A DNA stretch of 63,463 nucleotides, filler included, from Octopus bimaculoides (lineage: Eukaryota): assembly GCF_001194135.2 (NCBI RefSeq). It is 4 parts of 3 records of this genome, joined end to end, with 100 filler letters (N's around TTAATTAATTAA, not from the genome) between each part and the next. Parts side by side here need not be neighbours in the genome. Positions count along the whole stretch, not along the records: positions 1 to 30,075 come from NC_068982.1; 3 more parts are not named here. One strand, given 5' to 3'. The position numbers and the translations under genes were made by a program. Of this stretch, positions 11,393 through 24,749 are shown piece by piece (the first letter of the stretch is position 1; every line of letters starts with the position of its first letter). Under the pieces are notes generated by a model, which was given only the letters and a program-made list of their open reading frames with translations, was not told the DNA's origin and did no database searches.

Positions 11393-12898
11393 CTGTGAAA
11401 AGATGAAAGCAAAGTCGACCACAGCAGCATTTGCCCCTAGAATGTAAAGGACCAGAAGAAATGTCATTAAATATTTTGTGCAGCTTGGTAACAATTCTAT
11501 CAGCTCACCATCTTACACTTTTGATATAATTCTTTCTGCTATAGGCACAAGGCTTGAAATTTTGAACAAGGAGGTTAGTTGATTACCCTGAGCTCAGTGC
11601 TCAACTGGTACTTATTTCAATGATCCTAACACTTTCCCTATAACAAAAGCTTGTAATGTGTTGAAAACAGTAGGTTGCTAGAATTAAAAATATCTTACAA
11701 TATTTAATTTCATCCTTCTATATTCTGAGTTCACATCCCTCTGAAGAAGATAAGAATCTGTACAATTTTGTGACCTTGTGCTAATGTAAAAAACCATTAT
11801 TTGAATTACATCAGGGTGAATTTGTGGGAAAAAGCTGTGTGCAAGTCTGTAAATTTAACAATATATTAGGTTTAGATTCTCATATTGTTTTGTTAATCTT
11901 TTATATATTGTCTTTTAGCCAGCTGTGGTTGATAAAAATAGTACAAGTAACATACTGGAGTCAATTAATTTAAGCTACTTTATCCTCTCTATCTACAAAA
12001 CTGGCTGTTATTTGTATTACATATCTTTCTATTTACTATGTATGTATTTAAACGCTTTCAATTGGAACCGAATTTTATAAAAGCCTCTTGACAGTTCTTA
12101 ACACTTAATAATTCATTAACAATCCACATTTCAGCTATAGAGAAATCTCACAATTTTCTGTACATATATGCCTGATTTTATTTTATAAATTTCCTTCGAC
12201 ATGAATAGGAAACATTTACAGCACTTCCCATTCCTGTAAGGGACAACCTAACTCAGGAATAGAGGAAGTGAGATGTTAACTTCACAGTTTGATATATGTT
12301 AGATTCTTAAAACTTAAGTTCTCTCCATTTCAGATTTTCCCTCCTTTTTCTCCCTACTTGTCTTCTCTGCCTGTTACTGCTACCACTACATTTTTCCTTC
12401 ACATCCTTTTAATGTTTGTTTTCTCCCACACATGTTGACACAGATTGGATGAGGATTTATAGTTATTAGCTTTCCTCTACACTATCAAAACCTTCAACGT
12501 TATTCATACTAAGATCTAGCACAAACTGTGTGGCTTCAAATTTTCATTGCTCGCTGCATGTATGGTTGCACATCCTGTACCATGCTAGGGTAAGGGCTTG
12601 CATGATACCTAACTTGCTACCTCACCCTCTTCTTTAACAAAAACCTCAAAAGCTAATTGGATACTGGAAACGGTGTTAAATTTTAAAAAATCTCAATGGT
12701 GATAGAAATAGTAATTTATTAGACTAAATGATAAAGAATAATTAATTTGACCCTTTATATCAGCGTTTCTCAAAGTGGGATGCACACTTCACTGATTGGG
12801 GCATGGCTATATTCTGGTGGGACATGGGTTACTTTAGAATGAGGTGTAAGTAAATAAGTAACGAGTGAATAAAACTTGTAATAAAGTTTCAATTAAAA

Positions 12899-12929
<31 letters not shown>

Positions 12930-13008
12930 TAATTGACTATCCCCTTTCCCCAAATTTCAGGCCTTGTGCCTATAGTAGAAAGTATTGTTATTGTTGTTAT
13001 TATTATTA

Positions 13009-13046
<38 letters not shown>

Positions 13047-13490
13047 ATTATTATTATTATTATTAGTGCATGCCAAGCAAAATGCGTATTTCATCCGTCG
13101 TTATATTCTGAGGTCAAATACTGGTGATGTCGACTTTGCCTTTCATCCTTTCGGGGTCAATAAATTAAGTACCTGTGAAACTACTGGAGTTGATATAACT
13201 GACTAGGCCCCTCCCCCAAAATTTCCGGCATTGTGCCTACAGTAGAAAGGATTGTTATCATTACTGTTAAGGTAGTGAGCTTGTAGAATCATTAGCATGC
13301 TGGACAAAATGCTCAGCAACATTTCATCCATCATTCAGAGTGTAAGTTCCACTGAAGTTGACTTTGCCTTTCATCTTTTGGAGTCAACAAAATAAGTACC
13401 AATTGAGCACTGGGGCCAATGTAATCAACAATCTCCCTCCCTCAAAATTACAGGCCTTGTGCCTATAGCAGAAAGCATTATTATTATTAT
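12930..13490 (+). mobile_element. Tandem stack of ATT-SINEs (tail stub plus two copies) separated by (ATT)n
   Basis: Three GCC/ATTGTGCCTA..AGAAAG-ATT tails at about 12960, 13228 and 13454; heads at about 13065 and 13268. Confidence 0.8.
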
Positions 13491-14014
13491 TAGTGTTGTT
13501 GTTGTTGTTGTTATTTTCTGACATAACTGTTAATTTTTGAAAATTTCTTTTTATTGTTATTCACTCATTTAACATTAGATTTCTCCAGGCTAGTTTCAGT
13601 TAAATTCAGTAAACAATGGACATTTGCATAAATTCTTGGAGCAGTTGTGTTTAAGAAAATTGCTAGCTACTGAACAGTGAAGCAAGGATAGTATGGTTTT
13701 TTCATTTTTTTTTTTTTTCCTATTTAGTCTGAGGCTTGAGGAGATAGGATACGGAACTTGGAATGCTTATTTAGCTATCAGTTCTTCGAAACTATTTCTA
13801 TTGTTAATTAAATACTGTGGTTTTCAGATCAATAGTCATCAGTGACAAGCTGTGAAAGATTTAGTGGAAACAAAACCAATAAAGGTACTAGACTGTTCTA
13901 TTAATAACATTAATAGAAAAAGATAATAATTTTTCAAGGTATCTTAATGCGAGCATGGTGACAATAACTCTAGCTAAAGGTTAGGAGAATATACTAATGT
14001 GTAAACTCATCATG

Positions 14015-14205
14015 CTAAAAGTAGCAGCCAAATCTCCCAAAGTATACTCTAGCATCTTATAAATGTAGATGATCATATAGAATAATCTTCCTGGTTACAG
14101 CATATGTATGTAATATATGATCGGATGATCACACCTTGAATGCTTTTGGTGGTTACACCTGGTTTGCTTGATCAGAGCTGATCTTGGGACTAAGCAACAA
14201 CAGGA
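14015..14205 (+). mobile_element. (CAA)n-tailed interspersed repeat (SINE-like or LINE 3' end)
   Basis: AGCAGCCAAATCTCCC...GATCAGAGCTGATCTTGGGACTAAGCAACAACA; related copies at about 24115-24330 (-), 25680-25965, 43005-43185, 46520-46600 (-), 59990-60135 and 62700-62860. Confidence 0.55.
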
Positions 14206-14989
14206 AATCAATTGTATGGTATTTTTATGCCACATTGTGTCTGTGGTACATTAGATAATTGCAATTATTGAACAACGAAAAGAAATCTTCAGTAATTTTA
14301 GAATAAACAGATAAAATAAACCAATAAAAGTAAATATTTATTCTCTTTTGGAATTTGAACAACATTGATATATTTTCCAATAGCAAGGGTGTTTATAATT
14401 ACAAGATTATTATAATGAGGTAACAAAACCAATATGATAGGAAAATCATTAAGTTGGCTGAATGTTTCTTTCCAACATTTAATTAGCGCATCTTGCTAAT
14501 TTCATACCCAAATGCATTATGTTCCCTTACATCTGTTCAACTAACCACTATTTGCATTTGTTTTGTTCTCTAATTTTCTATTGAATAAATCGTTTTTACT
14601 GTCTTTGTAAAAATTTTAAAAAACCCTCCAATCTTGAAGATTCTTTAAACAATATGTTAAATTTGTGACTAAAATATCTGCATAACTGTTGTCTTTTTGA
14701 GCATCATGGAAATATTCTATGACTGCCAGAAAGGAAAATGCCTGTTAGTTGACTTAAGATAGAATAAATGATTATGGAACACACCTTAGAGCATGGTTCA
14801 GCCCATCCTCCTCTTCCATCATTTTTGACGTCACTACCATACCACAACCATTACTACCACCACCACCATCATCATTACCACTACCATCACTATCATCATC
14901 ACCATCTCCATATCCACCACTACTATCACCATCGTTTTTATGTCCTTTTGATATTCATGTGTGTTGGATAGGTTCTTTGCTCCTAGTTG

Positions 14990-15625
14990 CATTCTTTTGT
15001 CATCTCTTTCACCGCTCTCCTCTTTGGACTTCTTCTCCCACAGTTTCTTTCAATTTGGTCTCTTAGCTCCTCTTTATCTATCTGTTATCATCCATAGTTA
15101 TTACACACCACACCACTCACTAGCATACTAAATCTGATTCACCTTATATTTAGTCTCAGTCCATCTGTATGACCTTACTCATTTACACTAACATTATTCA
15201 TCCAGCAATGCATGTTTGCTTCTTTTCTTTAAAGCCTTTGCAAATCCTCAGCACTAAATGCCCACATCTTCCTACCATGCAGCATTGCAGTATGTACTTG
15301 AGCAAGGGACAATCTACCTTTTGCTCAAAGTGACAACCTTCATGTGGTCATCAGGGCTAAATAGCTCCCTGAACTCTTACTATCCTATTCTTATTCTTGA
15401 AACTACACTTTCAGAACACACTTCTCCACTACTGACCTGGGTGCCTAGGTAACAAAAGCTATTAATGACTTCTATAGAGTCTTCCAAGCATTGCAAGGAA
15501 ATTACTTTGCTGGAGCTCTAACTTGTAAGCATTCTTGTGTATCTGCCAAAAGGTTTTTATTCACCATCAGTCTGCTTTTGATTCCACTAGACATCTTGCA
15601 CACCCATAGATAGCACTGAATATAT
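14990..15625 (-). mobile_element. Old degenerate RTE-clade ORF 3' region
   Basis: Minus strand: IEVINSFCYLGTQVSSGEVCSESVVSRIRIG..EFRELF..MWAFSAEDLQRL, typical of the post-RT region of RTE LINEs; many stops. Confidence 0.7.
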
Positions 15626-15892
15626 CATATGAAATATCTACATACTCCTTTTCTGTGTATTGAGTACAGCTTTAAAAGTAAAAGAACATAGCTATATATT
15701 TAATTTGATAGTTTGTTATATCTGTCACTTTGTTATGCGTTATGCACATTTAAACCTATTTATGGTGTTTGAAAGTGCATAAGACATTATAGTACATTGA
15801 TCTGAAGACAATTTAAAAGAATTTAACACATGTGTTATACATACCAATACTGACCAAGATTATACCGCAACAACTTCAGTAATCTTTTTGTT

Positions 15893-15894
<2 letters not shown>

Positions 15895-15924
<30 letters not shown>

Positions 15925-16075
15925 TTAATGTCCATTTTCCATGCTGGTATGGGTTGGACGGTTTGATACAAGCTGACCAGCTGAAGGGCTGTTCAGTTTT
16001 GACATAGTTTCTATAGATGAATGCTCTTCCTAACACCAACCACTCTACAGAGTGTACTGAGTGCTTTTATGCAGC
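15895..16075 (-). mobile_element. RTE-type 3' terminus with (GAT)n tail, old copy
   Basis: Reverse complement aligns with 59004-59155 (..CCAACCCATGCTAGCATGGAAA..GACGTTAAA-(GAT)n). Further old copies at about 20200-20620 (-), 21900-22100 (+), 59770-59825 (+) and 60230-60360 (+). Confidence 0.65.
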
Positions 16076-16459
16076 ACCAGTATGGGTGCTTTTTACGTGA
16101 CACCAACACTTACAAGCCCACAAGATTAGGGATGCTCAGCTGGAGAGGGTTGCAAGGGACAAGCCTGGTTACAAGGGTAACCATTGCTTTATTTAACTTG
16201 GCTTTATTTAACTCACTCTGAGTGAGAAGCCCTTTGTTAATAATAGAGGTAGTAACAGCCTATTCTTACTCTAGCAACTATGCTTTCGGAACAACCATCC
16301 CAAATATTAACTTGATCACCCAAGTAACAGAAATTGTCTACTACTTCTTGTGATAAATTATTTTATTGTAGTTTATTCTTTTTTATTTCTTTTTTTTTTG
16401 TCATTAGTACATCACATGGTTCATATATACCGTGTATAGAAACTTATATAAACTGTTAC

Positions 16460-16622
16460 AAATGTTCAACATTGCTAGATATGTAAGATTTCAATGATGT
16501 GATTGTTTATTTTTAGAGTGACACCATAGGATAGGTGGGAAATGTTGGATCTGGCCACTTGGAATGTACAACAGGTAAAATATTTGGGTTGGATATGGCC
16601 AGTTTAAATGGCAAAGGGTTAA
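16460..16622. mobile_element. One end of a piggyBac-like MITE
   Basis: Ends ..GGATATGGCCAGTTTAAATGGCAAAGGG|TTAA; homologous to 50180-50345. Confidence 0.5.
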
Positions 16623-17099
16623 GGATACAGTCTTCTATTCTCCAACTTGTCTCAAAGGTCCTATAATTGGGCACAAGCAATGCTTTCCTCCTAACTAAAT
16701 GGTAAAAAAAATACAAAAAGAACTAAGTATATTTCAGTACAATGTCGTAAATGGCCCCAAAACAACTTATAAAGAAATTGAAAAACATTATCTATACACA
16801 ATGTATTTATATAGCAGTAATGCAAGAAATAAAACAACCCCAATACAAAATTCACTTAAACCATAGATTATAACCTTATAAAGCAATAACCATGATGGAG
16901 ACTTCATAACATGCATAAAATCCTGCATCTGTATACAAACTTGACATGATTATGTACTAGAAATGCAAGCATTCAATTCAAAAGCTTTTATATTAATGTG
17001 TTTCACAAAATATATTTATATGATACATACATCATTGCTGTCACCAGCTGACCCACCAGATTAAACAACACTACTATAATGTTTTATGCACTTTCAAAC

Positions 17100-17260
17100 A
17101 CCATAAATAGGAGGTTTCAATGTGCATGACACATCCTGGTATAAAATATGGGAAATACATGTAACACTAGAAGAGACACAACTAATAGCATGCATAAAAC
17201 AAACCCAAAGCAACAGACCTGTGACAATATCAAGCTATTGATACTATACCTGCAATCTAG
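17100..17260 (+). mobile_element. Possible AP-endonuclease remnant of an old LINE
   Basis: IGGFNVHDTSWY resembles the GDFNAHH..W motif; the rest is very degenerate. Confidence 0.3.
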
Positions 17261-20200
17261 CCATTACTTTCTGTTCTACATTCCTAAATAGCATATCCTT
17301 TTCTCAACTCTCTCCTAACAACCTGTCAGTCATTGGTGGCAGTATTGGTATTATTATTGGTGATGATAGTACCAGTGCTGTCAGCATCATCAGCAGTGGC
17401 AGCAGCACAGTACACTCACAAATCAATGAACAAAATGTATAAACGTGAGCCAGCAAGCTTGACCTGTTAGAAATAGCCCAATCTTCCTTTAATTGTATTC
17501 TACTATCTTGGAAAATGGAAAACATATTTGATAATGTAGCCTTTTGCCTAAAAGAATAGTCATAGCTGAAACAACTTTAATCACAAGTCTTCTCACTTAG
17601 AGTTTACCTGTGGATTAAACAACAAATAAAAACATCCATTGCTCACCTATAAACAAATTATTCATTCGCATACATAATGAAACAAAAACACTCAAAATAA
17701 AAAGTAGGTTGGTCACCAGAGGGCCACAAATTATAGCAAGTTCTAGGCAACACTGTCCTGACCAAAAACACAGGCATATTTCCAACACTCCAGTACATTA
17801 CTTCATTATCATCTTAACAGCATTTTCTTTCTCACTCAGTCTAGACAAAATATTTAAAAACTCAGCAACACACAAAAATAGCTGCAGCATGAATAATCTC
17901 GTTAGTCTGAGTCACTATACTGGGAAACACTGACAGAAATGAAACCAAAAGAGTAGCTTTGGTCATGCTGTGGCTACTATAGCAACAACATATCAGTGTG
18001 CACAGTTAGGTCTCCACCCAGGTAGAGGTATAGAATATCTGAAACACTGAAACTGTGGATGACACCTGTCATTGAATTGGCCACATATGTGTTATACATA
18101 CCAATACCGACCAAGATTATACTGCAACAACTTCAGTAATCTTGTATAAAATGTTTATTTCTTCAGCTCTCTTTGGTAGTAAACACTATTTATCTTTTAA
18201 TTGTTAAGATAACCAGAGGTTGAATTAATTGGGCTTTAATCATTTAAGTTATTGTATTCATTTGTGCATGGTATATGCTACTGTATAGTTCTCACCTCTA
18301 ATTATAGGCAATGAAATTCTAAGGAAAAAAGTTCTAGTTTATAAAACACATTGACTTCTTTAGTATTACAATATATGGGAAAAGGAGTATTTAGTAAGAT
18401 TTATTGTAATTGCTATATAAAATACATGGAAAATGTTCATGCACTCTAAATGAAACAAAAAGCAATTTCAAATGTGATCTTTGAACTTTTCTGTGGTAGC
18501 TGTAAAAGTGTACCTATAAAGTCAACATTGTGGAAATCACACAACCACGTTTTTTCTTTAAAAATCAATTTGATTTTTATAATGGTGGAATAATTAAATA
18601 ACTTTGTACCCAATTTCACAGATCAGTTCACACAATAATGCAAGCATGGTCATGTTGTTACAAAAGAACAAAGTATTTTGTGTTTAGGTGTGGATTTTTT
18701 AAAAACCATATAACTTTTTTATTATGTTTTTGTTTTCTTTTAAATTGTCTTCAGATCAATGTTTTAAGCTTCAGACATTCAAAATATGGCAGTTTTCTTT
18801 TAATTTGATAAAAATTTTATTTTTATTTCTTAAAAATTCTTAGTTGGAATCTTAATAAATTGAAATACAGTATCTTAAATTTCCCCCATTTTAATCTACT
18901 TCATTCAATGTTTCATGCATAATATTTTTGGATATGAATTGTGAAGACACCATAGAATAGTATCTATTTATAGTACAAACTTTTGTCTCGATAAAAACAG
19001 GAAACAGTGTTTCATTGCTACCGATGTCAATTATATTTTACAATTACTTGATATCAACAACCATGAGGAAAATTTTTGCTGAATCTAGTCAGACATTGAT
19101 CGATACAGTCTCTAATGTAGGCAACATATAATTTAGATCTCAAATATATACTTATGTAATATAATGAATATTCACTATATTACTGAAGTCATAGAAAGAT
19201 GTAACATCATTTTAGTGTCTTTAGCTCATTATATATCAGTCAGTTTGTTTATAAGTTAATCTGGTAATGCTGTCCTAAATATAGTTACGCATCTTGGGCA
19301 ACTGTTTTGTACAACAGTCCCAAGGCAGCTAAAGCCTTCAAAGTGAATTTTATAGGCAGAAAGGGAAAGAAGCCTACCATATATGTACGTATATGGGGTG
19401 TGTGTATGTGTGTGTGTGTGTGTGTGTGTATGTTTTCTCCATTTAACTTCGAGTTTATTTTGATCAGCCACCTTGTAGCAAGCTTGTGAAGGGAAGTATA
19501 TTGTTTGTTTAGCATTCTTAAAACCCTAAGATGACTTTGCAGATTTTGTGACCATTTGTAGCTTGTGAATTAAGGAGTTGCATTCATACTTTGCTCCTGG
19601 TAGGTTGGTATGTATCTTACTGCTTCAGTACTTATAGATATGAAACTGAAAGTGTATCTTGAGTACTGGATTTACAAACTCCTCATCACTGGTGCATAGA
19701 TATTTTCTTACTTTTGTATTTTTCTGACCATATTGATGTCCAGAGTGCAGATTTCCACAACAAAGCATGTTTTTTTCATGTCTCATACAACAATATCTGA
19801 TCAGTCATGTTTTAACTTGGTGGCTGTTTTAATTTTTAAGTTCCACCAATATTCTTTTGAGCTGTTGGTCTCAATTATAATCAATGTTTGTATGCATGCA
19901 TGCATCTGTGTTTGGTTGCAATTGCACTTCTCCAAAATTAATTATGTGCAGTGATTTGTCATTTCTCCAGATAACAAATCATCCCCTGGCTCTGTGCCTT
20001 TAAAGACATGTACAATCAGAGATCCCTTACTTGAAGAGCAGTGAGGGTTAACAATAGGAATGGCATCCAACTGTAAATGTAAGTTCTGATATCAATTTGT
20101 TCAACTAAACCCTCCAAGGTGGTGCCCCAGCATGGCTGTAGTCCAATGACCGAAACATGTAAAAGATAAACGATACATAAATAAATACAGTGCAGAATAT

Positions 20201-21254
20201 CGTCATCATCATTGTCATTTAAAGCCCATTGTCCATGCTGGCATGGGTTGGATGGTTTGACCAAAGCTGGTAAGCTGAGGGGCTGCACCAGACTCCGGTC
20301 TGATTTGGCATGGTTTCTACAGATGGATGCCCTTCTTAATGCCAACCACTGTGAGAGTGTAATGAGTGCTTTTACATGCCACCGGCATGGGCGCCAGTTG
20401 CGTGATACCAGTGTCTACCATGATTATGATTTCACTTAGCTTGATGGGTTTTCTTCTCAAGCACTGCATACTGTCAAAGGTCTCGGTCATTTGTCATTGC
20501 CTCCATGAAGCCCAACCCTTGAAAGATGCTTTTTACACACCACCAGCATAGATGCGAGTTACACGACACCAGCACAGGTGCTAGTTATGTGACATTGACA
20601 TCAGCCACATTGTCTCTGTGAAGCCCAACGTAATAAATACAATTTTTGTTTTCTGCAAATAATATCATTTTAATTGCTAACAAATTAGAACATGGTCTCT
20701 GGTTTTAGTTAACTATTTTAGCAAGTAATTCCCAAGTTAGGAACTTATTTTTAACATCCAATTTGTCATATTCTTGCTTCATCCCCCAGAATCTGGGTGA
20801 TTAATAATAATAATTACTTAATTAAACAAGAAATATTCCAAATAGTAATTCATATGTAAATAAATAAACAAACTCCTGACAAGAATGACACAATCGTATG
20901 CTACTTGAGTTTTTTTTCTTAATCAGTGTTTGCTCTGGGAGAAATGTTTGTGAATTGCCTTGATATTTTCGATTACAGTTAATTAATATAAGTATTTGGG
21001 AATAGAATACCAATCCCAGAACAATATGTTGAAGCTCTCTTGTTATGAAAATAAAGAAAAGGAAAATATACTACCAATAATTACTATTTAGTTTTCAGTA
21101 TGTTATTAATAACTGTATTGGTCTCTGGAAGTTAGGAATGTACTCCGTTCTAAATAGGCAAATGAGAATTCTCTTAATGTGTCTATTTTTGATGTGATTT
21201 ATTAATTTTATGCCTGCCTGAAGAGACTGCTACCTTATATCTATCTATCTATCT

Positions 21255-21314
<60 letters not shown>

Positions 21315-21673
21315 GCACACACACACATACACACACACACTTATGTATGTATGTTATACACATACATACACACACACATATGCCCCTCCCCCACACACAG
21401 AGTATTACTATATTTTTACTTAAATATATCTATGTGATATGAATATTAACACTCTGATATTAAATGTCAACTACATGATAGGAAAGGCAGTAACTGAAGA
21501 GATGTTACTTTAATGAAAGCCACTAAATATACAATAAATAAATCAGGAATAATGGACTTGGGGAAAAAAAGAGCTTGAAAATGATTGATATGATTGAGAA
21601 ACGATAGCATGAATATAACAGACATGTAATATGAAAAGAAGAATGTATATAACAGATATCTGTTATTTAATCT

Positions 21674-21825
21674 CGTTAGGAAGGGCATCCAGCTGTAGAA
21701 ACTCTGCCAAATCAGACTGGAGCCTGGTGTTGCCATCCGGTTTCACCAGTCCTCAGTCAAATCGTCCAACCCATGCTAGCATGGAAAGCGGACGTTAAAC
21801 GATGATGATGATGATGATGATGATG
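21674..21825 (+). mobile_element. Young 5'-truncated RTE 3' terminus with (GAT)8
   Basis: 21674-21800 is identical by eye to 59004-59130; CpGs intact. Confidence 0.85.
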
Positions 21826-22104
21826 GACCATAAAGAAACCAACACTGGTCATCAAGTGGCAACGAGGGACTAAGACACACAGACATGCATGCACATGCAC
21901 ACACAAATTGCTGGTGCTGGTACCATGTAAGCAACACCCAGTCTATTCTGTAAAGTGATTGGCATCAGGAAGGACATCCAGCTATAAAAACCATGCCAAA
22001 ACAGACTGTGGAGCTTGATGCAGTCCTTTGTCTTGCCAGCTCTTGTCAGACTGTCCAACCCATGCAAGCATGGAAGATGGATGTTTAATGATGAAAATGA
22101 TATA

Positions 22105-22260
22105 TATACATTGGGCTTCTTTCAGTTTCTTTCTCCATAATTCACTCATGAGGCTTTAGTTGGCCTGGAGTTAGAGTAGAAGATACTTGCCCAAGGTGTC
22201 TTGCAGTGGGCCTGAACCCAAGACCATGTGGTTGAGAAGTAAACTTCTTATCACACAGCC
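22105..22260 (-). mobile_element. 5' part of the tRNA/CORE-like microsatellite SINE
   Basis: GGGCTTCTTTCAGTTTC..AGAAGATACTTGCCCAAGGTG..CTGAACCC..CACACAGCC. Related partial copies at about 19285-19430, 20040-20170, 23895-23990, 25105-25245, 25975-26190 and 28100-28340. Confidence 0.65.
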
Positions 22261-22264
22261 AATC

Positions 22265-22407
22265 CTATACATTATTTACATTATTTATATTTGATGGATA
22301 TTTGTCCTTATCTTGTTTGTTAACACGTTTCGATTGTTATACCCTCCAGCCTTCTTGGGGAAATTTCGAACCTGGGTTCTCATTCCTAAGGTATTTTTTT
22401 GATGTTG

Positions 22408-22441
<34 letters not shown>

Positions 22442-22508
22442 GGTCACTTCTTGGAATCGAACTTGGAATCTTGGGGTTAGTAGCCTGCGCACTTAACCAC
22501 TACGCCAT
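22265..22508 (-). mobile_element. Repeat unit: tRNA-like segment, (AAT)n, then a Penelope-type terminal segment with a degenerate hammerhead-like motif
   Basis: Minus strand ATGGCGTAGTGGTTAAG (A box)..GGCTACTAACC..AGTTCGATTCC (B box), then (AAT)n, then ..CCAAGAAGGCTG-gagggtataa-CAATC-GAAACGTG. Confidence 0.5.
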
Positions 22509-23035
22509 AAATGATAAAATATAAAACATATACTGTTGTTATTTTATGTTTGTATTTTCCTTGACATGTCTTCCATTTAGCTCTCAAACCTTCATCTGGG
22601 AGTAATTCCTTTTTAGGGTAACACACATGTGTACTGAGGGTAGTGCTGTACTCCTCTGAATGCAGGAATTGATGTCTCATAAGGCAGTGAAGCAGCTCTG
22701 TTGGTGTTTTGGCTCCTTTTCCATCACAGCACCAAAACTACCTGGGTCTACCCACCACTGTAGGCCACCAAAACTCCTGCACAAAAGCACAAGCTTTGAT
22801 GAGTCAGATGTTTTGACTCTGGGCCAAATACTTTAAAAAAATTATAATTTTGACTTGCATAAATTTTTCTACAGAAGAAAATAAAAGGCAGAGAGAGAGA
22901 GGTGGAGAGAGAGAGAGAGTGGAAGTGTGGAAATAGTACAGTTCTCTTTTATCTTTCATAAGCTAACAAGATCTCTATCTCTGCAGAGTGATCAAAACTA
23001 CTATATGATAGCAGTTTTGGGGCTATCCTATAGGG

Positions 23036-23865
23036 CAGTGGTCCAACCTTTTTCATACCGTAGACTGGTTTCATGGAAGATAATTTTTCCACAGTCAAGC
23101 AGATCAGGCACATAACAAATCACAATAAAGTGCATAATATATTATCTAATTATTACATATCACGGTATCAATCAGACTATCAAATGTTGTTATACATTGC
23201 TGGTCACAATGCACTTTAAATTGTTTTAGCTGTTGAATGATGCTCCCACTGCTGGCTAGGCATACAAGCCAACATTTCCCCTGATCAGAAGGCTAGTTCA
23301 TCACAGGGTTACCCATTTACAGCCGAGTGGACTGGGACAATGTGAAATGAAGTGTTTTGTGTTTTGCTTGAGAACACAACACGTAGCCAGTCTGAGAGTT
23401 GAAACCATGATCTCATGGTCATGAGTGTAACACCTTTAAACACCAGGCCATGCACCTTTATATATAATACATATAATCTTTTCAACTCTAGCCACAAGGC
23501 CCGTAATTTTTGGGGAGGGGGCCAGTTGATTAGATTGAGTCCCAGTATGCAACTGGTACTTAATTTATTGACCCTGAAAGGATAAAAGGCAAAGTTGACC
23601 TCGGCAGAATTTGAACTCAGAATATAGAGACAGACGAAATACTGCTATGCATTTTGCCCGGCATAATAACGTTTCTGCCAGCTCACTGCCTTATAATACA
23701 TATATAATACACATATAATACATATATTACGCAAAAATGCCTTGCAGACTGCAATGGTCAAAAGAATAGAGATAAAATTTAAAAAATTTATTCTTTCTAT
23801 ATGATATTGTACCAAATGATCCACAGTCCAGTACTGGTCTGCAGCCTGGCCGTTGGGAACCCCCA
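23036..23865. mobile_element. hAT/Charlie-like MITE carrying two nested SINE insertions
   Basis: Left end CAGTGGTCCAACCTTTT..GGTTTCATGGAAGATAATTTTTCCAC; right end CAGTACTGGTC..GTTGGGAACCCC. Nested SINEs at about 23250-23455 (-) and 23492-23692 (-, ATT-SINE). TSD not recognisable. Confidence 0.45.
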
Positions 23866-24646
23866 ATATAATACCATGTACTGTTTGTCAGCCTGAAGCT
23901 GTAGTAGAAGACACCTGCTCAGAGATTATAGTAGGATAGAGCTAAAAAATAATGTGGTTAGCAAGCAAACTTAGCTGCATAGCCATCCCTGTACCTATGT
24001 TATTTTCAATAGCAATGCAGGTAAGCAGCATTAATTTGTCACAATTTACACACTGTTACATCAATATATATAGATAAAGGCTTTGTACCTCACCGAAGGA
24101 GGCAGCAGTACTTTTGTTGTTGTTGTTGTTTAGATCCAGATCAGCCCAGTTCAAGATGATATACCACCAAAGGCATTCCTGTCATGATAATCATGCCTTT
24201 TTTTACTTAGTTATAGTGCATCTAGTCCCATATTACAGAATGTGGTCCTTCCGTTTTAAAGGCGGTATGATTTGGTGTGATTTGAGGGACATTTAGCTGT
24301 TATTTCTAGCAGGTCAAGTGACTGCTTTGAGGCTTTCTCATTGGGTCATGCAGTGAGTAGGTGATGACCAGAGCTTCTGCAGCAGCTAGTATTGATGATG
24401 ATGATGATGATGGTGGTGGTAGTGGTGGTGTTGGCAGTGATAGTTATAATGATTAAGAGGAGGATGGGAGCAATGAGGATAATGACGAATGTAAATGTGC
24501 ACAAACGTAGGCACTGGATATTGTAACAATATAAGTCATTTCTACACTTTCCTTTTGATAGATTTCCTGTTATGTGGATGTTTACTGCAGTCTATGCCTT
24601 TGAAGTTTGAACAGAAATGGAATTTTCCAGAATTTGCAACATTTTC

Positions 24647-24698
<52 letters not shown>

Positions 24699-24718
24699 NN
24701 NNNNNNNNNNNNNNNNNC

Positions 24719-24749
<31 letters not shown>

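Noticed and set aside
21649-21666. 18-bp perfect palindrome ATAACAGATATCTGTTAT beside the young RTE junction
   Set aside because: A single AT-rich instance with no recurrence; not distinguishable from chance.
22600-22840. Unique, slightly GC-richer stretch with a possible acceptor and peptide PKLLHKSTSFDESDV
   Set aside because: No donor before the in-frame stop and no recognisable protein family.
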